Of a DNA stretch of 64,000 nt, positions 37,585 to 47,057 are shown in pieces. Each line of letters begins with the position of its first letter. Position 1 is the first letter of the stretch. The notes beneath the pieces are model-generated. The model did no database searches. It was not told the DNA's origin and saw only the letters and a program-made list of their open reading frames with translations. The position numbers were made by a program, and so were the translations under genes. This DNA comes from Candidatus Binataceae bacterium (GTDB lineage Bacteria > Desulfobacterota > Binatia > Binatales > Binataceae): the NCBI GenBank assembly GCA_035531615.1, contig DATKSQ010000093.1, forward strand, positions 45,700 to 109,699, read 5' to 3'.

Positions 37585-39348
37585 ATGCCTGGTCACCATA
37601 TTATCGTCGGGGGCGGTCTTGCGGGGCTTACCGCCGCGATGAAGCTCGCCGAAGCGGGCGAGAGTATCGATCTGTTCTCAATCGTGCCGGTCAAGCGCTC
37701 GCATTCGGTGTGCGCGCAGGGCGGAATCAACGGCGCGGTCAACACCAAGGGCGAAGGCGACTCGCCCTGGGTCCACTTCGACGACACGATTTACGGCGGC
37801 GATTTCCTGGCCCATCAGCCTCCCGTCAAGGCGATGTGCGACGCGGCGCCCGCGATCATCCATCTGTTCGATCGGATGGGCGTGATGTTCAATCGGACGC
37901 CCGAGGGGCTGCTCGATTTCCGCCGCTTCGGCGGCACCAAGCATCATCGCACCGCGTTCGCCGGCGCCACCACCGGGCAGCAGCTTCTGTACGCGCTCGA
38001 TGAACAGGTGCGCCGCTACGAGGCCGCCGGGCAGGTGCGCAAGTTCGAGGGCTGGGAGCTCCTGTCGATCGTGCAGGACGAAGGCGGGGATTGCACCGGC
38101 ATCGTCGCGATCGATACGCGCTCGCTCGAGATTCGCGCCTTCGCCGGCGACAGCGTGATGATCGCGACCGGAGGGCCGGGCCTGGTTTACGGACGCTCGA
38201 CCCAGTCTCTGGCCAACACCGGCTCCGCGGCCAGCGCCTGCTACCAGCAGGGGGCGACCTACGCCAACGGCGAGTTGATCCAGGTGCACCCGACGGCGGT
38301 CCCCGGCGAGGACAAGAACCGGCTCATCTCGGAGTCGATCCGCGGCGAAGGCGGACGGGTGTGGACCTACAAGGACGGCAAGCCGTGGTACTTCCTCGAG
38401 GAGATGTATCCCGCCTACGGCAACCTGGTGCCGCGCGATATCGCCACTCGCGCGATTCACAAGGTCGTCTTTCAGGACGGACTCGGCGTGGACGGTCAGC
38501 CGCTGGTGTTTCTGGATGTCAGCCACCTTGACCCCGAAGAACTTAATCGCAAGGTCGCGGGCGTGCTCGAAATCTACGAGAAATTCGTCGGCCAGGATCC
38601 GCGCAAGGTGCCGATGAAGATCTTCCCCGCGATGCACTATTCGATGGGCGGGATGTGGGTCGATTATCATCAGCAGACCAATCTCAAAGGGTTGTTCGCC
38701 GCTGGCGAGTGCGAATTCCAGTATCACGGCGCGAATCGGCTCGGCGCCAACTCGCTGCTCTCGTGCATCTATGGCGGCGGAGTCGCGGCGCTGCGGATGA
38801 CCGAGTATGCGAAATCGCGCAAGAGCGGCGGGGCAGGGCGCGCGCACGAACTCGAAACCCAGCGCCAGCGCGAGAGCTTCGACAGAATTTTCAGCATGGA
38901 CGGGCCCGAGAATGCGTTCGCAATTTGGCGCGAACTCGGCGACATCATGACCGAGAATGTCACCGTCGTCCGCTACAACGACAAGCTCAAAGCGACCGAC
39001 GACAAACTGCTCGAATTGAAAGACCGCTGGGGCCGAATCGGCCTTGCGGACAAGGGCAAATGGGCCAATCAGGAGGTCCTGTTCGTCCGCCAATTGTGGA
39101 ACATGCTCGAACTTGCCCGCCCGATCACAATCGGCGCGCTCAATCGCGACGAGTCGCGCGGCGCGCATTACAAGCCCGACTTCCCGAACCGCGACGACGA
39201 TAACTGGCTCAAGACCTCGATGGCGCATTGGTCGAGCGACGGTCCGCGCTTCACCTACGAACCGATCGACATAAGCTTGCTGCCGCTGCGCGCGCGCCGC
39301 TACGACGTCGATACGTCGGCGTCCAAGACGCAAGAGAAGGCGGCGTGA
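37585..39348 (+). CDS. sdhA: succinate dehydrogenase flavoprotein subunit
   Basis: IIVGGGLAGLTAA FAD motif, the RSHSVCAQGGI covalent-FAD His region, HPTA, and HYSMGG. Confidence 0.95.
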   Translation: MPGHHIIVGGGLAGLTAAMKLAEAGESIDLFSIVPVKRSHSVCAQGGINGAVNTKGEGDSPWVHFDDTIYGGDFLAHQPPVKAMCDAAPAIIHLFDRMGVMFNRTPEGLLDFRRFGGTKHHRTAFAGATTGQQLLYALDEQVRRYEAAGQVRKFEGWELLSIVQDEGGDCTGIVAIDTRSLEIRAFAGDSVMIATGGPGLVYGRSTQSLANTGSAASACYQQGATYANGELIQVHPTAVPGEDKNRLISESIRGEGGRVWTYKDGKPWYFLEEMYPAYGNLVPRDIATRAIHKVVFQDGLGVDGQPLVFLDVSHLDPEELNRKVAGVLEIYEKFVGQDPRKVPMKIFPAMHYSMGGMWVDYHQQTNLKGLFAAGECEFQYHGANRLGANSLLSCIYGGGVAALRMTEYAKSRKSGGAGRAHELETQRQRESFDRIFSMDGPENAFAIWRELGDIMTENVTVVRYNDKLKATDDKLLELKDRWGRIGLADKGKWANQEVLFVRQLWNMLELARPITIGALNRDESRGAHYKPDFPNRDDDNWLKTSMAHWSSDGPRFTYEPIDISLLPLRARRYDVDTSASKTQEKAA

Positions 39349-39370
39349 TTCAGGGCTCGCCGCGCAAGGA

Positions 39371-40138
39371 TTGAGAAGGATTAAATCGGTGGCTGAGAAA
39401 ACCTTCGTATTGCGGATCAAGCGCCAGGATTCTCCGAACTCCGGAAGCCGTTGGGACGAGTTCGAGATTCCGTATAAGTCGCATCACAACGTCATCTCGA
39501 TGCTGATGGAGATCCGGCGCAATCCGGTGACCCGGCAAGGCCAGCGCACCACCGCGCCGGTGTTCGACGCCAACTGCCTCGAAGAGGTCTGCGGCTCGTG
39601 CACGATGGTGATCAACGGGCGCGTGCGCCAGGCGTGCAGCGCGATTGCCGAGGGTTTGCCGAACCCGACCACGGTCGAGCCGATGACCAAGTTTCCGCTG
39701 GTGCGCGACCTGATGGTCGATCGCTCCTCGATGTTCGAGTCGCTCAAGAAGACCCATTCGTGGGTTCCGATCGACGGCACTTACGATCTCGGACCCGGCC
39801 CGCGCATGGCGCCCGACGTGCAGCAGTTCGCCTACCTGTTTCAGCGCTGCATGACTTGCGGATGCTGTCTCGAGGCGTGTCCGCAGGTGAACCCGCACTC
39901 GAAGTTCATGGGCGCCGCCGTGCTCGGCCAGGTCTATCTGCAAGGGCAGCATCCGACCGGGATGATGCATCAGGATGAGCGAATCGAGGCGCTGATGGGC
40001 GAGGGCGGAATCGCGGATTGCGGCAACGCGCAGAATTGCGTCGAGGTCTGTCCCAAGAGCATTCCGTTGACCACCGCGATCGCGTCGATCGGCCGGCAGG
40101 CATCACTAAAATGGCTGCGCAATCTGTTTATGAAGTGA
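39371..40138 (+). CDS. sdhB: succinate dehydrogenase iron-sulfur subunit
   Basis: Cys clusters CLEEVCGSCTMVING, CMTCGCCLEACP, and CGNAQNCVEVCP. The start may be GTG 39389. Confidence 0.9.
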   Translation: MRRIKSVAEKTFVLRIKRQDSPNSGSRWDEFEIPYKSHHNVISMLMEIRRNPVTRQGQRTTAPVFDANCLEEVCGSCTMVINGRVRQACSAIAEGLPNPTTVEPMTKFPLVRDLMVDRSSMFESLKKTHSWVPIDGTYDLGPGPRMAPDVQQFAYLFQRCMTCGCCLEACPQVNPHSKFMGAAVLGQVYLQGQHPTGMMHQDERIEALMGEGGIADCGNAQNCVEVCPKSIPLTTAIASIGRQASLKWLRNLFMK

Positions 40139-40140
40139 CC

Positions 40141-40313
40141 GCGAGGCGTGCCCGAGCGGTCACCCTGAGCGCAGCGAAGGGTCTCGCTGCGAGGCGTGCC
40201 CGAGCGGTCACCCTGAGCGCAGCGAAGGGTCCCGGTGCGAGGCGTGCCCGAGCGGTCACCCTGAGCGCAGCGAAGGGTCCCGGTGCGAGGCGTGCCCGAG
40301 CGGTCACCCTGAG
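40141..40313 (+). repeat. 48-bp tandem repeat, about 3.6 copies
   Basis: The unit gcgaggcgtgcccgagcggtcaccctgagcgcagcgaagggtc(tcgct/ccggt) starts at 40141, 40189, 40237 and 40285. The last copy is truncated where MITE copy C begins. Confidence 0.9.
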
Positions 40314-40502
40314 AGGTTGTGAGTTCTTCGGGCCTGGTTCAATTTTGTGTCATCTTGAGCGGGGGCCGCTGCGGCCGGAGTCGAAAGACCCCTAGTCTTT
40401 CCGGGGTTCGGAGCTTGCCCTGAGCGCTGCCGAAGGGACTCGCGCAGCGCTCGCTCAGGATGATACGAAACGCTCACGATCAATAAAATCACCGACTCTG
40501 AC
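40311..40502 (+). mobile_element. MITE-like repeat, copy C (192 bp, degenerate terminal repeats)
   Basis: Aligns along its length with 7119-7312 (gtgtcatcttgagcgggggccgctgcggccggagtcgaaagacccc...gagcttgccctgagcgctgccgaagggactcgcgcagcgctcgctcaggatga). Confidence 0.75.
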
Positions 40503-40552
40503 GAAGCGAAGGGTTCCTGCAATAACGATCGAATCACTTAGGTGAGTAATAG

Positions 40553-41722
40553 ATGAACATCCATGAATTTCAGGCCAAGCAGATTCTCGGGCGCTTCGGC
40601 GCGCCCGTCCCCAAGGGACAGCCCGCTTCGAGCGCCGACGAAGCCGCGGCGGCATTCACCGCGCTCGCAGTGCCGAAGGCCGTGATCAAAGCGCAAATTC
40701 ACGCGGGCGGACGCGGCAAAGCGGGCGGAGTCAAACTGATCTCCTCGGCCGAAGAGGCGCGCGCGTTCGCCGCCGGCCTCCTTGGCAAGACTCTGGTCAC
40801 TCATCAGACGGGGCCGGAGGGCCGCGTGGTGCGCCGCGTCTATGTCGAGGAAGCCAGCGCCGTCGCGCGCGAGCTTTACCTCGGGATGGTGGTCGATCGG
40901 AAGGCCGCGGCGGTGTCGGTGATCGCCAGCACCGAAGGCGGGATGGAAATCGAGGAAGTCGCCGCCAAAACCCCCGATCGGATTATCACCGAGGTGGTTG
41001 ATCCGCTGCTGGGGCTGGCGCCTTTTCTGGCGCGCAAGATCGCGTTCGCGCTGGGACTCAAGGACAAGCAGGTCAATCAATTCGCCGGCCTGTTGGCGGC
41101 GGTTTACAAAGCGTTCGTCGAGACCGACGCGTCGCTGGTCGAGATCAATCCGCTGGTGGTCACGCAGGACGGCCGCGTCATCTGCCTGGACGCCAAGATG
41201 TCGTTCGACGACAACGGCCTGTTCCGTCATCCGGATATCCGCGAGCTGCGCGACCCCAATGAGGAAGACAAGGACGAGACCGAGGCGGCCAAGTACGATC
41301 TGAGTTTCGTGCATCTGGACGGCAATATCGGATGCATGGTCAACGGCGCGGGGCTGGCGATGGCGACGATGGATATCGTCAAATTCTACGGCGCCGAGCC
41401 GGCCAATTTCCTCGACGTTGGCGGCGGCGCAAGCACCGAGAAAGTCGCCGCGGCGTTCCGGATTTTGCTGTCCGACAGCCGCGTCAAGGCGGTCCTGATA
41501 AATATCTTCGGCGGCATCATGCAGTGCGACGTGCTCGCGCAGGGCGTCGTCGAGGCCGCGCGCCAGGTCAAGCTCAGCATCCCGCTGGTGGTCAGGATGG
41601 AAGGCACCAACGTCGAGAAGGGCAAGAAAATTCTCGCCGAGTCGGGAATCAAGGTGATCGCGGCGGCCGACATGGCCGACGCCGCGCGGCGCGTGACGCA
41701 GGCAATCGGAGTGGGAGCGTAG
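40553..41722 (+). CDS. sucC: succinyl-CoA synthetase beta subunit
   Basis: MNIHEFQAKQIL N-terminus, ATP-grasp, GNIGCMVNGAGLAMATMD. Confidence 0.95.
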   Translation: MNIHEFQAKQILGRFGAPVPKGQPASSADEAAAAFTALAVPKAVIKAQIHAGGRGKAGGVKLISSAEEARAFAAGLLGKTLVTHQTGPEGRVVRRVYVEEASAVARELYLGMVVDRKAAAVSVIASTEGGMEIEEVAAKTPDRIITEVVDPLLGLAPFLARKIAFALGLKDKQVNQFAGLLAAVYKAFVETDASLVEINPLVVTQDGRVICLDAKMSFDDNGLFRHPDIRELRDPNEEDKDETEAAKYDLSFVHLDGNIGCMVNGAGLAMATMDIVKFYGAEPANFLDVGGGASTEKVAAAFRILLSDSRVKAVLINIFGGIMQCDVLAQGVVEAARQVKLSIPLVVRMEGTNVEKGKKILAESGIKVIAAADMADAARRVTQAIGVGA

Positions 41723-41731
41723 TAATCCGCA

Positions 41732-42619
41732 ATGAGTATTCTCGTCAACAAAAACACCCGCGTCCTGACCCAGGGCATCACCGGCGCCACCGGACAGTTT
41801 CACACCCGCGCGTGCAAGGAATACGGCACCCAGATGGTGGGCGGAGTGGTGCCGGGCAAGGGCGGAACCACTTTCGAGGGGATTCCGATCTTCGACACCG
41901 TCGAGCAGGCGGTGCGCGCGACGGGCGCCAACGCGGTCGTCAGCTACGTGCCGCCGGCGTTTTCAGCCGACGCGATCCTCGAGGCGATCAGCGCCGAGGT
42001 TCCGCTCGTCATCTGCATCACAGAGGGCATCCCGATCCTCGACATGGTGAAAGTCAAGCATTACTTGAACAACTCGAAATCGCGCCTGATCGGCCCCAAC
42101 TGCCCCGGAATCATCACCCCGGGCGAGTGCAAGATCGGCATCATGCCCGGCTATATCCACAAGCCCGGCCGGGTCGGCGTGGTCTCGCGCTCGGGAACCC
42201 TAACCTATGAGGCGGTGCATCAGCTCACCCAGCTCGGGATCGGGCAGTCGAGCTGCATCGGGATCGGCGGCGACCCGATCGTCGGGACCAATCACAGCGA
42301 AGCGATGAAGCTGTTCAACGAGGATCCCGCCACCGACGCGGTGATCATGATCGGCGAGATCGGCGGAACCGCCGAGGAAGAGGCCGCCGATTATGTGAAG
42401 CATCACTTTAAGAAACCTGTCGTCGCGTTCATCGCCGGGCAGACCGCTCCCAAGGGGCGGCGCATGGGCCACGCGGGCGCGATCATCTCGGGCGGGCGCG
42501 GAACGGCCGCCGACAAGATCGCCGCGCTCAAGGCGGCGGGAATCTCGGTCGCGATGAGTCCCGCCGATCTTGGCTCGACGATGAAAGCGGTGCTCGAAGG
42601 CAAAGGGGCGAACAACTAG
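41732..42619 (+). CDS. sucD: succinyl-CoA synthetase alpha subunit
   Basis: [19 protein letters not shown], and the phospho-His loop [10 protein letters not shown]. Confidence 0.95.
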   Translation: MSILVNKNTRVLTQGITGATGQFHTRACKEYGTQMVGGVVPGKGGTTFEGIPIFDTVEQAVRATGANAVVSYVPPAFSADAILEAISAEVPLVICITEGIPILDMVKVKHYLNNSKSRLIGPNCPGIITPGECKIGIMPGYIHKPGRVGVVSRSGTLTYEAVHQLTQLGIGQSSCIGIGGDPIVGTNHSEAMKLFNEDPATDAVIMIGEIGGTAEEEAADYVKHHFKKPVVAFIAGQTAPKGRRMGHAGAIISGGRGTAADKIAALKAAGISVAMSPADLGSTMKAVLEGKGANN

Positions 42620-42633
42620 CGCGCGCGCGCTGG

Positions 42634-43059
42634 ATGATCCATATGGAAAAGACCCTCGCAATCATCAAGCCCGACGCGGTCGCGCGCGGACTGAGCGGCG
42701 ACATCCTGAAACGTATCGAAGCCTCCGGCCTGTCGATTCGCGCGCTGCGCAAACTCCATCTCTCGCGCGCGCAAGCCGAACAGTTTTACGCGGTCCACAA
42801 GGCGCGGCCGTTTTACGCCGACCTGTGCAAATACATGACCTCGGGACCGGTGGTGGTCGCGGTGCTCGGCGCCGACGGCGCGATCGCCAAATGGCGCGAG
42901 CTGATGGGCGCGACCGATCCCGCCAAGGCGGCGCCCGGCACGATCCGCCGAGAGTTCGGCCAGAATATCGAGGCCAACGCGACTCACGGCTCCGACGCCC
43001 CCGAAACCGCCGCGCAGGAGATCGCTTTCTTCTTCAGCGCGATGGAGATTCTGCCGTGA
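42634..43059 (+). CDS. ndk: nucleoside diphosphate kinase
   Basis: [18 protein letters not shown], and the NATHGSD active-site His. 141 aa. Confidence 0.95.
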   Translation: MIHMEKTLAIIKPDAVARGLSGDILKRIEASGLSIRALRKLHLSRAQAEQFYAVHKARPFYADLCKYMTSGPVVVAVLGADGAIAKWRELMGATDPAKAAPGTIRREFGQNIEANATHGSDAPETAAQEIAFFFSAMEILP

Positions 43060-43165
43060 TCGCGGGCTGATCGAGTCGCGGTCCTGCACTGCCGCGCGGT
43101 CGCTTTTCTGCTCGCGGCGACCCCGGGTGCGCTCGCGTGCGGTTTTCCGTTACAATTATGGATTC

Positions 43166-44308
43166 ATGGAACTTTCTGACCAGCATATTGGCCCTGAACC
43201 CGAATCGTCCGGCGGGCGGCGCGATATTCGCGACCTGATGCTCGACGAGCTCGAGGCCGCCGTCGCCGACGCGGGCGAGCGCCCGTATCGCGCGCGGCAG
43301 ATTGCGCATTGGCTGTGGCGCAAGGGCGTCGATTCGTTCGACGCGATGCGCGATTTGCCGGCCGCATTGCGCTTCACGCTGGCCGAGCGCTTTACCCTCA
43401 CGCCAGCCGTTGCGGCCCTTGTGCGGCGCTCGTCGGACGGAACCCGCAAGCTGCTGCTGCGGCTCGCCGACGGCGAGGAAATCGAGACCGTGATCATTCC
43501 GGCCGAGGACCGCACCACCCTGTGCCTGTCGTCGCAGGCTGGATGCGCGATGGGCTGCGAGTTCTGCGCGACGGCGCGGATGGGGCTGCATCGCAACCTG
43601 ACCACGGCTGAGATCGCGGGGCAAATTTTCGCCGCGCAGCGCGAACTCGGTCCAGGAGAGCGTCTGACCAACTACGTGTTCATGGGCATGGGCGAGCCGC
43701 TGGCGAATTATCCGCGCCTGATTCGCACGCTCGCGGCGATGACCTCCGAGTGGGGCATGGGAATTTCGCCGCGGCGGATCACGGTTTCGACCGTCGGGCT
43801 GGTCCCGATGATGGAAAAGCTGCTGGCCGAGATTCCGGTCAATCTGGCGGTGTCGCTGCACGCGAGCATCGACGCGGTGCGCGATCGGATAGCGCCGATC
43901 AACCTGCGCTATCCGATCGCGGAACTGCTCGCCGCGTGCCGCCGCCTGCCAATCAAGGCGCGCAGCCGGATCACGTTCGAGTACGTGATGATCGCGGGAA
44001 TCAACGACGGCGTCGATGACGCGCGCCGGCTGGTGAAGCTGATGGCGCCGCTGCGCGCCAAGGTCAACCTGATTTTTTTCAATCCATTCGCGGCCAGCGA
44101 ACTCGAGCGCAGTCCGCGCGCCGCGGTCGAGGCCTTTCAAGCGATCCTGCATCGCGGTAACTTGACCGCGACCATCCGCGAAAGCCGCGGACTCGATATC
44201 GCGGCGGCGTGCGGCCAGCTCTATGCGGAGCATCATGCCCAATCCGCTCCGGCCGCGCCCGACAGCGCCGAGCGCGTCGAGCAGCACCAGCACCGGGATC
44301 AGGATTAA
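43166..44308 (+). CDS. rlmN: 23S rRNA/tRNA (adenine-C2)-methyltransferase RlmN (radical SAM)
   Basis: CAMGCEFCATARMG (CxxxCxxC), GMGEPLAN, and the C-terminal AAACGQL. An upstream GTG at 43127 is an alternative start. Confidence 0.85.
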   Translation: MELSDQHIGPEPESSGGRRDIRDLMLDELEAAVADAGERPYRARQIAHWLWRKGVDSFDAMRDLPAALRFTLAERFTLTPAVAALVRRSSDGTRKLLLRLADGEEIETVIIPAEDRTTLCLSSQAGCAMGCEFCATARMGLHRNLTTAEIAGQIFAAQRELGPGERLTNYVFMGMGEPLANYPRLIRTLAAMTSEWGMGISPRRITVSTVGLVPMMEKLLAEIPVNLAVSLHASIDAVRDRIAPINLRYPIAELLAACRRLPIKARSRITFEYVMIAGINDGVDDARRLVKLMAPLRAKVNLIFFNPFAASELERSPRAAVEAFQAILHRGNLTATIRESRGLDIAAACGQLYAEHHAQSAPAAPDSAERVEQHQHRDQD

Positions 44309-44310
44309 CG

Positions 44311-45177
44311 ATGGCGCGAAAGACACTCGGAGTGATCGGCGGCAGCGGCTTCTATAATCTGCCCGGACTGGAAAAGGTCGAGCAGATCGAACTCGCGACC
44401 CCGTTCGGCAAGCCGTCGGACACCTACTATCGCGGGCGGCTCGGCGAACTGGACGTGGTGTTTCTGGCGCGCCATGGCAAGGGCCATCGCATCTTGCCGC
44501 ACGAAATAAATTACCGCGCCAACGTCTATGGCATGAAACAGCTCGGCGCCGAATACCTGCTCTCGGTAAGTACGGCGGGTTCGCTGCGGGAGACGATTCA
44601 TCCGGGCGAGATGGTGGTTGCGGATCAGTTTATAGATCGCACCTATAAGCGTCCGGCGACGTTTTTCGGCAATGGCATCGTGGTTCACGTGTCGATAGCC
44701 GATCCAGTCTGCGCGCATATGGCGCGCGACCTCGCGGCGGCGGGCCGCGCGATTGATCCCGCGCTGCACGAAGGCGGCACCTACTTGTGTATCGAGGGAC
44801 CGCAATTCTCGACCCGCGCGGAGTCGCGGCTTTATCGATCGTGGAACGCCGACGTGATCAGCATGACCGCGATGCAGGAGGCGCGTCTGGCGCGCGAGGC
44901 CGAGCTGTGCTTCGCCGTCCTGACGCTGGTCACCGATTATGATTGCTGGCACGAGAGCGTCGCGGCGGTGGATATCGGCGAAATCCTGCGCGTGATGCGC
45001 GCCAACGTCCAGAAGGCGCAAGCGGCCGTCGTGCGCCTGGCGGCAATCCTGGCGGCGCGCGAGCGCACCTGCGGATGCGGCCGCGCGCTGGCGGGTGCGA
45101 TCATCACCGATCCCGCCGTTATCGCGCCGAAGATCAAACGGGACCTGGCCCTACTGGCCGGCAAATACCTCAACTGA
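44311..45177 (+). CDS. mtnP: S-methyl-5'-thioadenosine phosphorylase
   Basis: LGVIGGSGFY N-terminus, FLARHGKGHRILPHEINYRAN, and VISMTAMQEA. The track ORF start at 44209 is an extension. Confidence 0.85.
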   Translation: MARKTLGVIGGSGFYNLPGLEKVEQIELATPFGKPSDTYYRGRLGELDVVFLARHGKGHRILPHEINYRANVYGMKQLGAEYLLSVSTAGSLRETIHPGEMVVADQFIDRTYKRPATFFGNGIVVHVSIADPVCAHMARDLAAAGRAIDPALHEGGTYLCIEGPQFSTRAESRLYRSWNADVISMTAMQEARLAREAELCFAVLTLVTDYDCWHESVAAVDIGEILRVMRANVQKAQAAVVRLAAILAARERTCGCGRALAGAIITDPAVIAPKIKRDLALLAGKYLN

Positions 45178-45196
45178 ACCGGAGCATGGACAAGCG

Positions 45197-46120
45197 ATGA
45201 GTATCGTGGTGGTGGGCTCGGTCGCCTACGATTCGCTCGAGACGCCCAGCGGCAACGCGCCCGACGTGCTCGGCGGCTCGGCGACTTATTTCTCGGTCGC
45301 CGCGCGATTCTTCGCGCCGGTCAGTATCGTCGCCGTGGTGGGATCGGACTTCAAGCCCGAGTCGCGCCAACTGCTCGCCGAGCGCGGTGTGGACCTGCGC
45401 GGACTCGAGCAGCGGCCCGGCAAAACTTTTCGCTGGCACGGGCGCTATCACGAGGATATGAATCGGCGCGATACGCTGGCGCTGGCGCTGGGCGTGTTCG
45501 AGAACTTCTCGCCCGTGCTGTTGCCCGACCAGCGGCGCTGCGACTACCTGTTCCTGGCCAACATCGCGCCCGCGCTCCAGGAACGCGTGCTCGCCCAGGT
45601 GCAGAGTCCAAAGCTGGTGGCCGGCGACACCATGGATCATTGGATCGAGAGCTCGGGCGTGGAGCTCAAGCGGCTGCTGCCGCGGCTCGATATTCTTACG
45701 CTCAATGATCAAGAGGCGCGCATGCTGGCGGGCGAGCATAACCTGGTCAAGGCGGGCCGGGCGATCCTGAAGCTCGGGCCGAAGACCGTGCTCATCAAGC
45801 GCGGCGAGTACGGCGTCTTGCAGTTTTCGCGCGAGGCGATGTTCGCGGTGCCGGCCTATCCGCTCGAAGAGGTGATCGATCCGACCGGCGCGGGCGACAC
45901 CTTTGCCGGCGGCTTTATGGGCTATCTGGCCCGCAAGGGGCGCGTGACCGAAGCGACGCTGCGCACCGCGGCGGTCTATGGCAGCGTGCTGGCCTCGTTC
46001 GTAGTCGAAAAATTTTCGCTCGAGCGGTTACTCTCGCTCACCTGGGAGGAGATCGACATCCGCTACCGCGCCTTTATCGAGCTGACCGACTCGCACCATA
46101 GCCGATGGACCTCTCAATAG
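45197..46120 (+). CDS. PfkB-family carbohydrate kinase
   Basis: DPTGAGDTFAGGF catalytic motif and an N-terminal GSVAYD/GGSA pattern. ATG at 45197. Confidence 0.75.
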   Translation: MSIVVVGSVAYDSLETPSGNAPDVLGGSATYFSVAARFFAPVSIVAVVGSDFKPESRQLLAERGVDLRGLEQRPGKTFRWHGRYHEDMNRRDTLALALGVFENFSPVLLPDQRRCDYLFLANIAPALQERVLAQVQSPKLVAGDTMDHWIESSGVELKRLLPRLDILTLNDQEARMLAGEHNLVKAGRAILKLGPKTVLIKRGEYGVLQFSREAMFAVPAYPLEEVIDPTGAGDTFAGGFMGYLARKGRVTEATLRTAAVYGSVLASFVVEKFSLERLLSLTWEEIDIRYRAFIELTDSHHSRWTSQ

Positions 46121-47043
46121 TCGTTCCGCTGTATAACGAGCGCGACAACCTGGCGCCTCTGCATCGGGAGCTTGCGGCGGTGGTCGGGACGCTCGCCATC
46201 TCCTGTGAGATGCTGTTTATCGATGACGGATCGGATGACGGTTCGTCTGAGGTGCTGCGCCGCGTCAAGGAGTCGGATCCGCGGGTCCGGGTAATCAGGC
46301 TCGCGCGGAACTCCGGGCAGACCGCCGCGCTGGCCTGCGGATTTGCGAATTCGACCGGAGATATCGTCGTCGCGATCGACGGCGACGGCGAGAACGATCC
46401 CGCCGACATCCCGCGCCTGCTCGCGCGCCTCGGCGAGGGCTACGACCTCGTCAGCGGATGGCGTACCGAGCGCTGGAAGGGCGCGCGGATGACGCGGCGG
46501 ATGCCCTCGGTGGCGGCGAACGCGCTGATCTCGAAAATCACCGGGGTGCGTTTGCACGATTACGGCTGCACGCTGAAGGCGTATCGCGGCGAGATGGTCC
46601 GCCAACTGCGCCTGTACGGCGAGATGCATCGGTTCGTGCCCGCGATCGCGGCCGAACAGGGCGCCAGGATCACGGAGCTGGAAGTTGCCTTCCGGCCGCG
46701 CCGCTCCGGCGCCTCGAAATATGGTCCGGGACGAATTCTGCGCACGCTGCTTGATCTGATCACGGTGCGGTTTCTGTCAGGATACTCGACCCGGCCGATC
46801 CAGGTGTTCGGCGCGATCGGCGTCGTGATGGGCGGGCTCGGCTCGCTATGGACCGCGTGGCTGGTGTTCGAGAAAGTCATCCTCGGACATCCGCTTGCCG
46901 ATCGTCCCGCGCTGTTGCTCGCCGTCCTGCTGGTGGTGGTGGGCGTGCAGTTGGTGAGCATGGGGCTGCTGGGTGAGATGCTGGCGCGGACCTATCACGA
47001 ATCGCAGGGCAAACAGATTTACGTGATCAAGGAAGAATTTTAA
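46105..47043 (+). CDS. GT2 polyprenyl-phosphate glycosyltransferase (ArnC/GtrB/DPM1-like)
   Basis: IVVPLYNE, DDGSDDGS, DGDGEND (DXD), and two C-terminal TM helices. Overlaps the pfkB-family gene by 16 nt. Confidence 0.8.
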   Translation: MDLSIVVPLYNERDNLAPLHRELAAVVGTLAISCEMLFIDDGSDDGSSEVLRRVKESDPRVRVIRLARNSGQTAALACGFANSTGDIVVAIDGDGENDPADIPRLLARLGEGYDLVSGWRTERWKGARMTRRMPSVAANALISKITGVRLHDYGCTLKAYRGEMVRQLRLYGEMHRFVPAIAAEQGARITELEVAFRPRRSGASKYGPGRILRTLLDLITVRFLSGYSTRPIQVFGAIGVVMGGLGSLWTAWLVFEKVILGHPLADRPALLLAVLLVVVGVQLVSMGLLGEMLARTYHESQGKQIYVIKEEF

Positions 47044-47057
47044 GCGGGGCTACCCAC

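Noticed and set aside
37678-39420. 580-aa ORF on the minus strand
   Set aside because: It is antisense to sdhA. It has no motifs and is Arg/Ala-rich.
40141-40313. Possible CRISPR array
   Set aside because: The units are contiguous 48-bp tandem copies with no unique spacers between them, and there are no cas genes. This is a tandem repeat, not a CRISPR array.
40018-40395. 125-aa ORF with 16-aa tandem peptide repeats (ARRARAVTLSAAKGP)
   Set aside because: The peptide repeat is simply the translation of the 48-bp intergenic DNA repeat plus the MITE. The ORF begins inside sdhB in another frame. Not coding.
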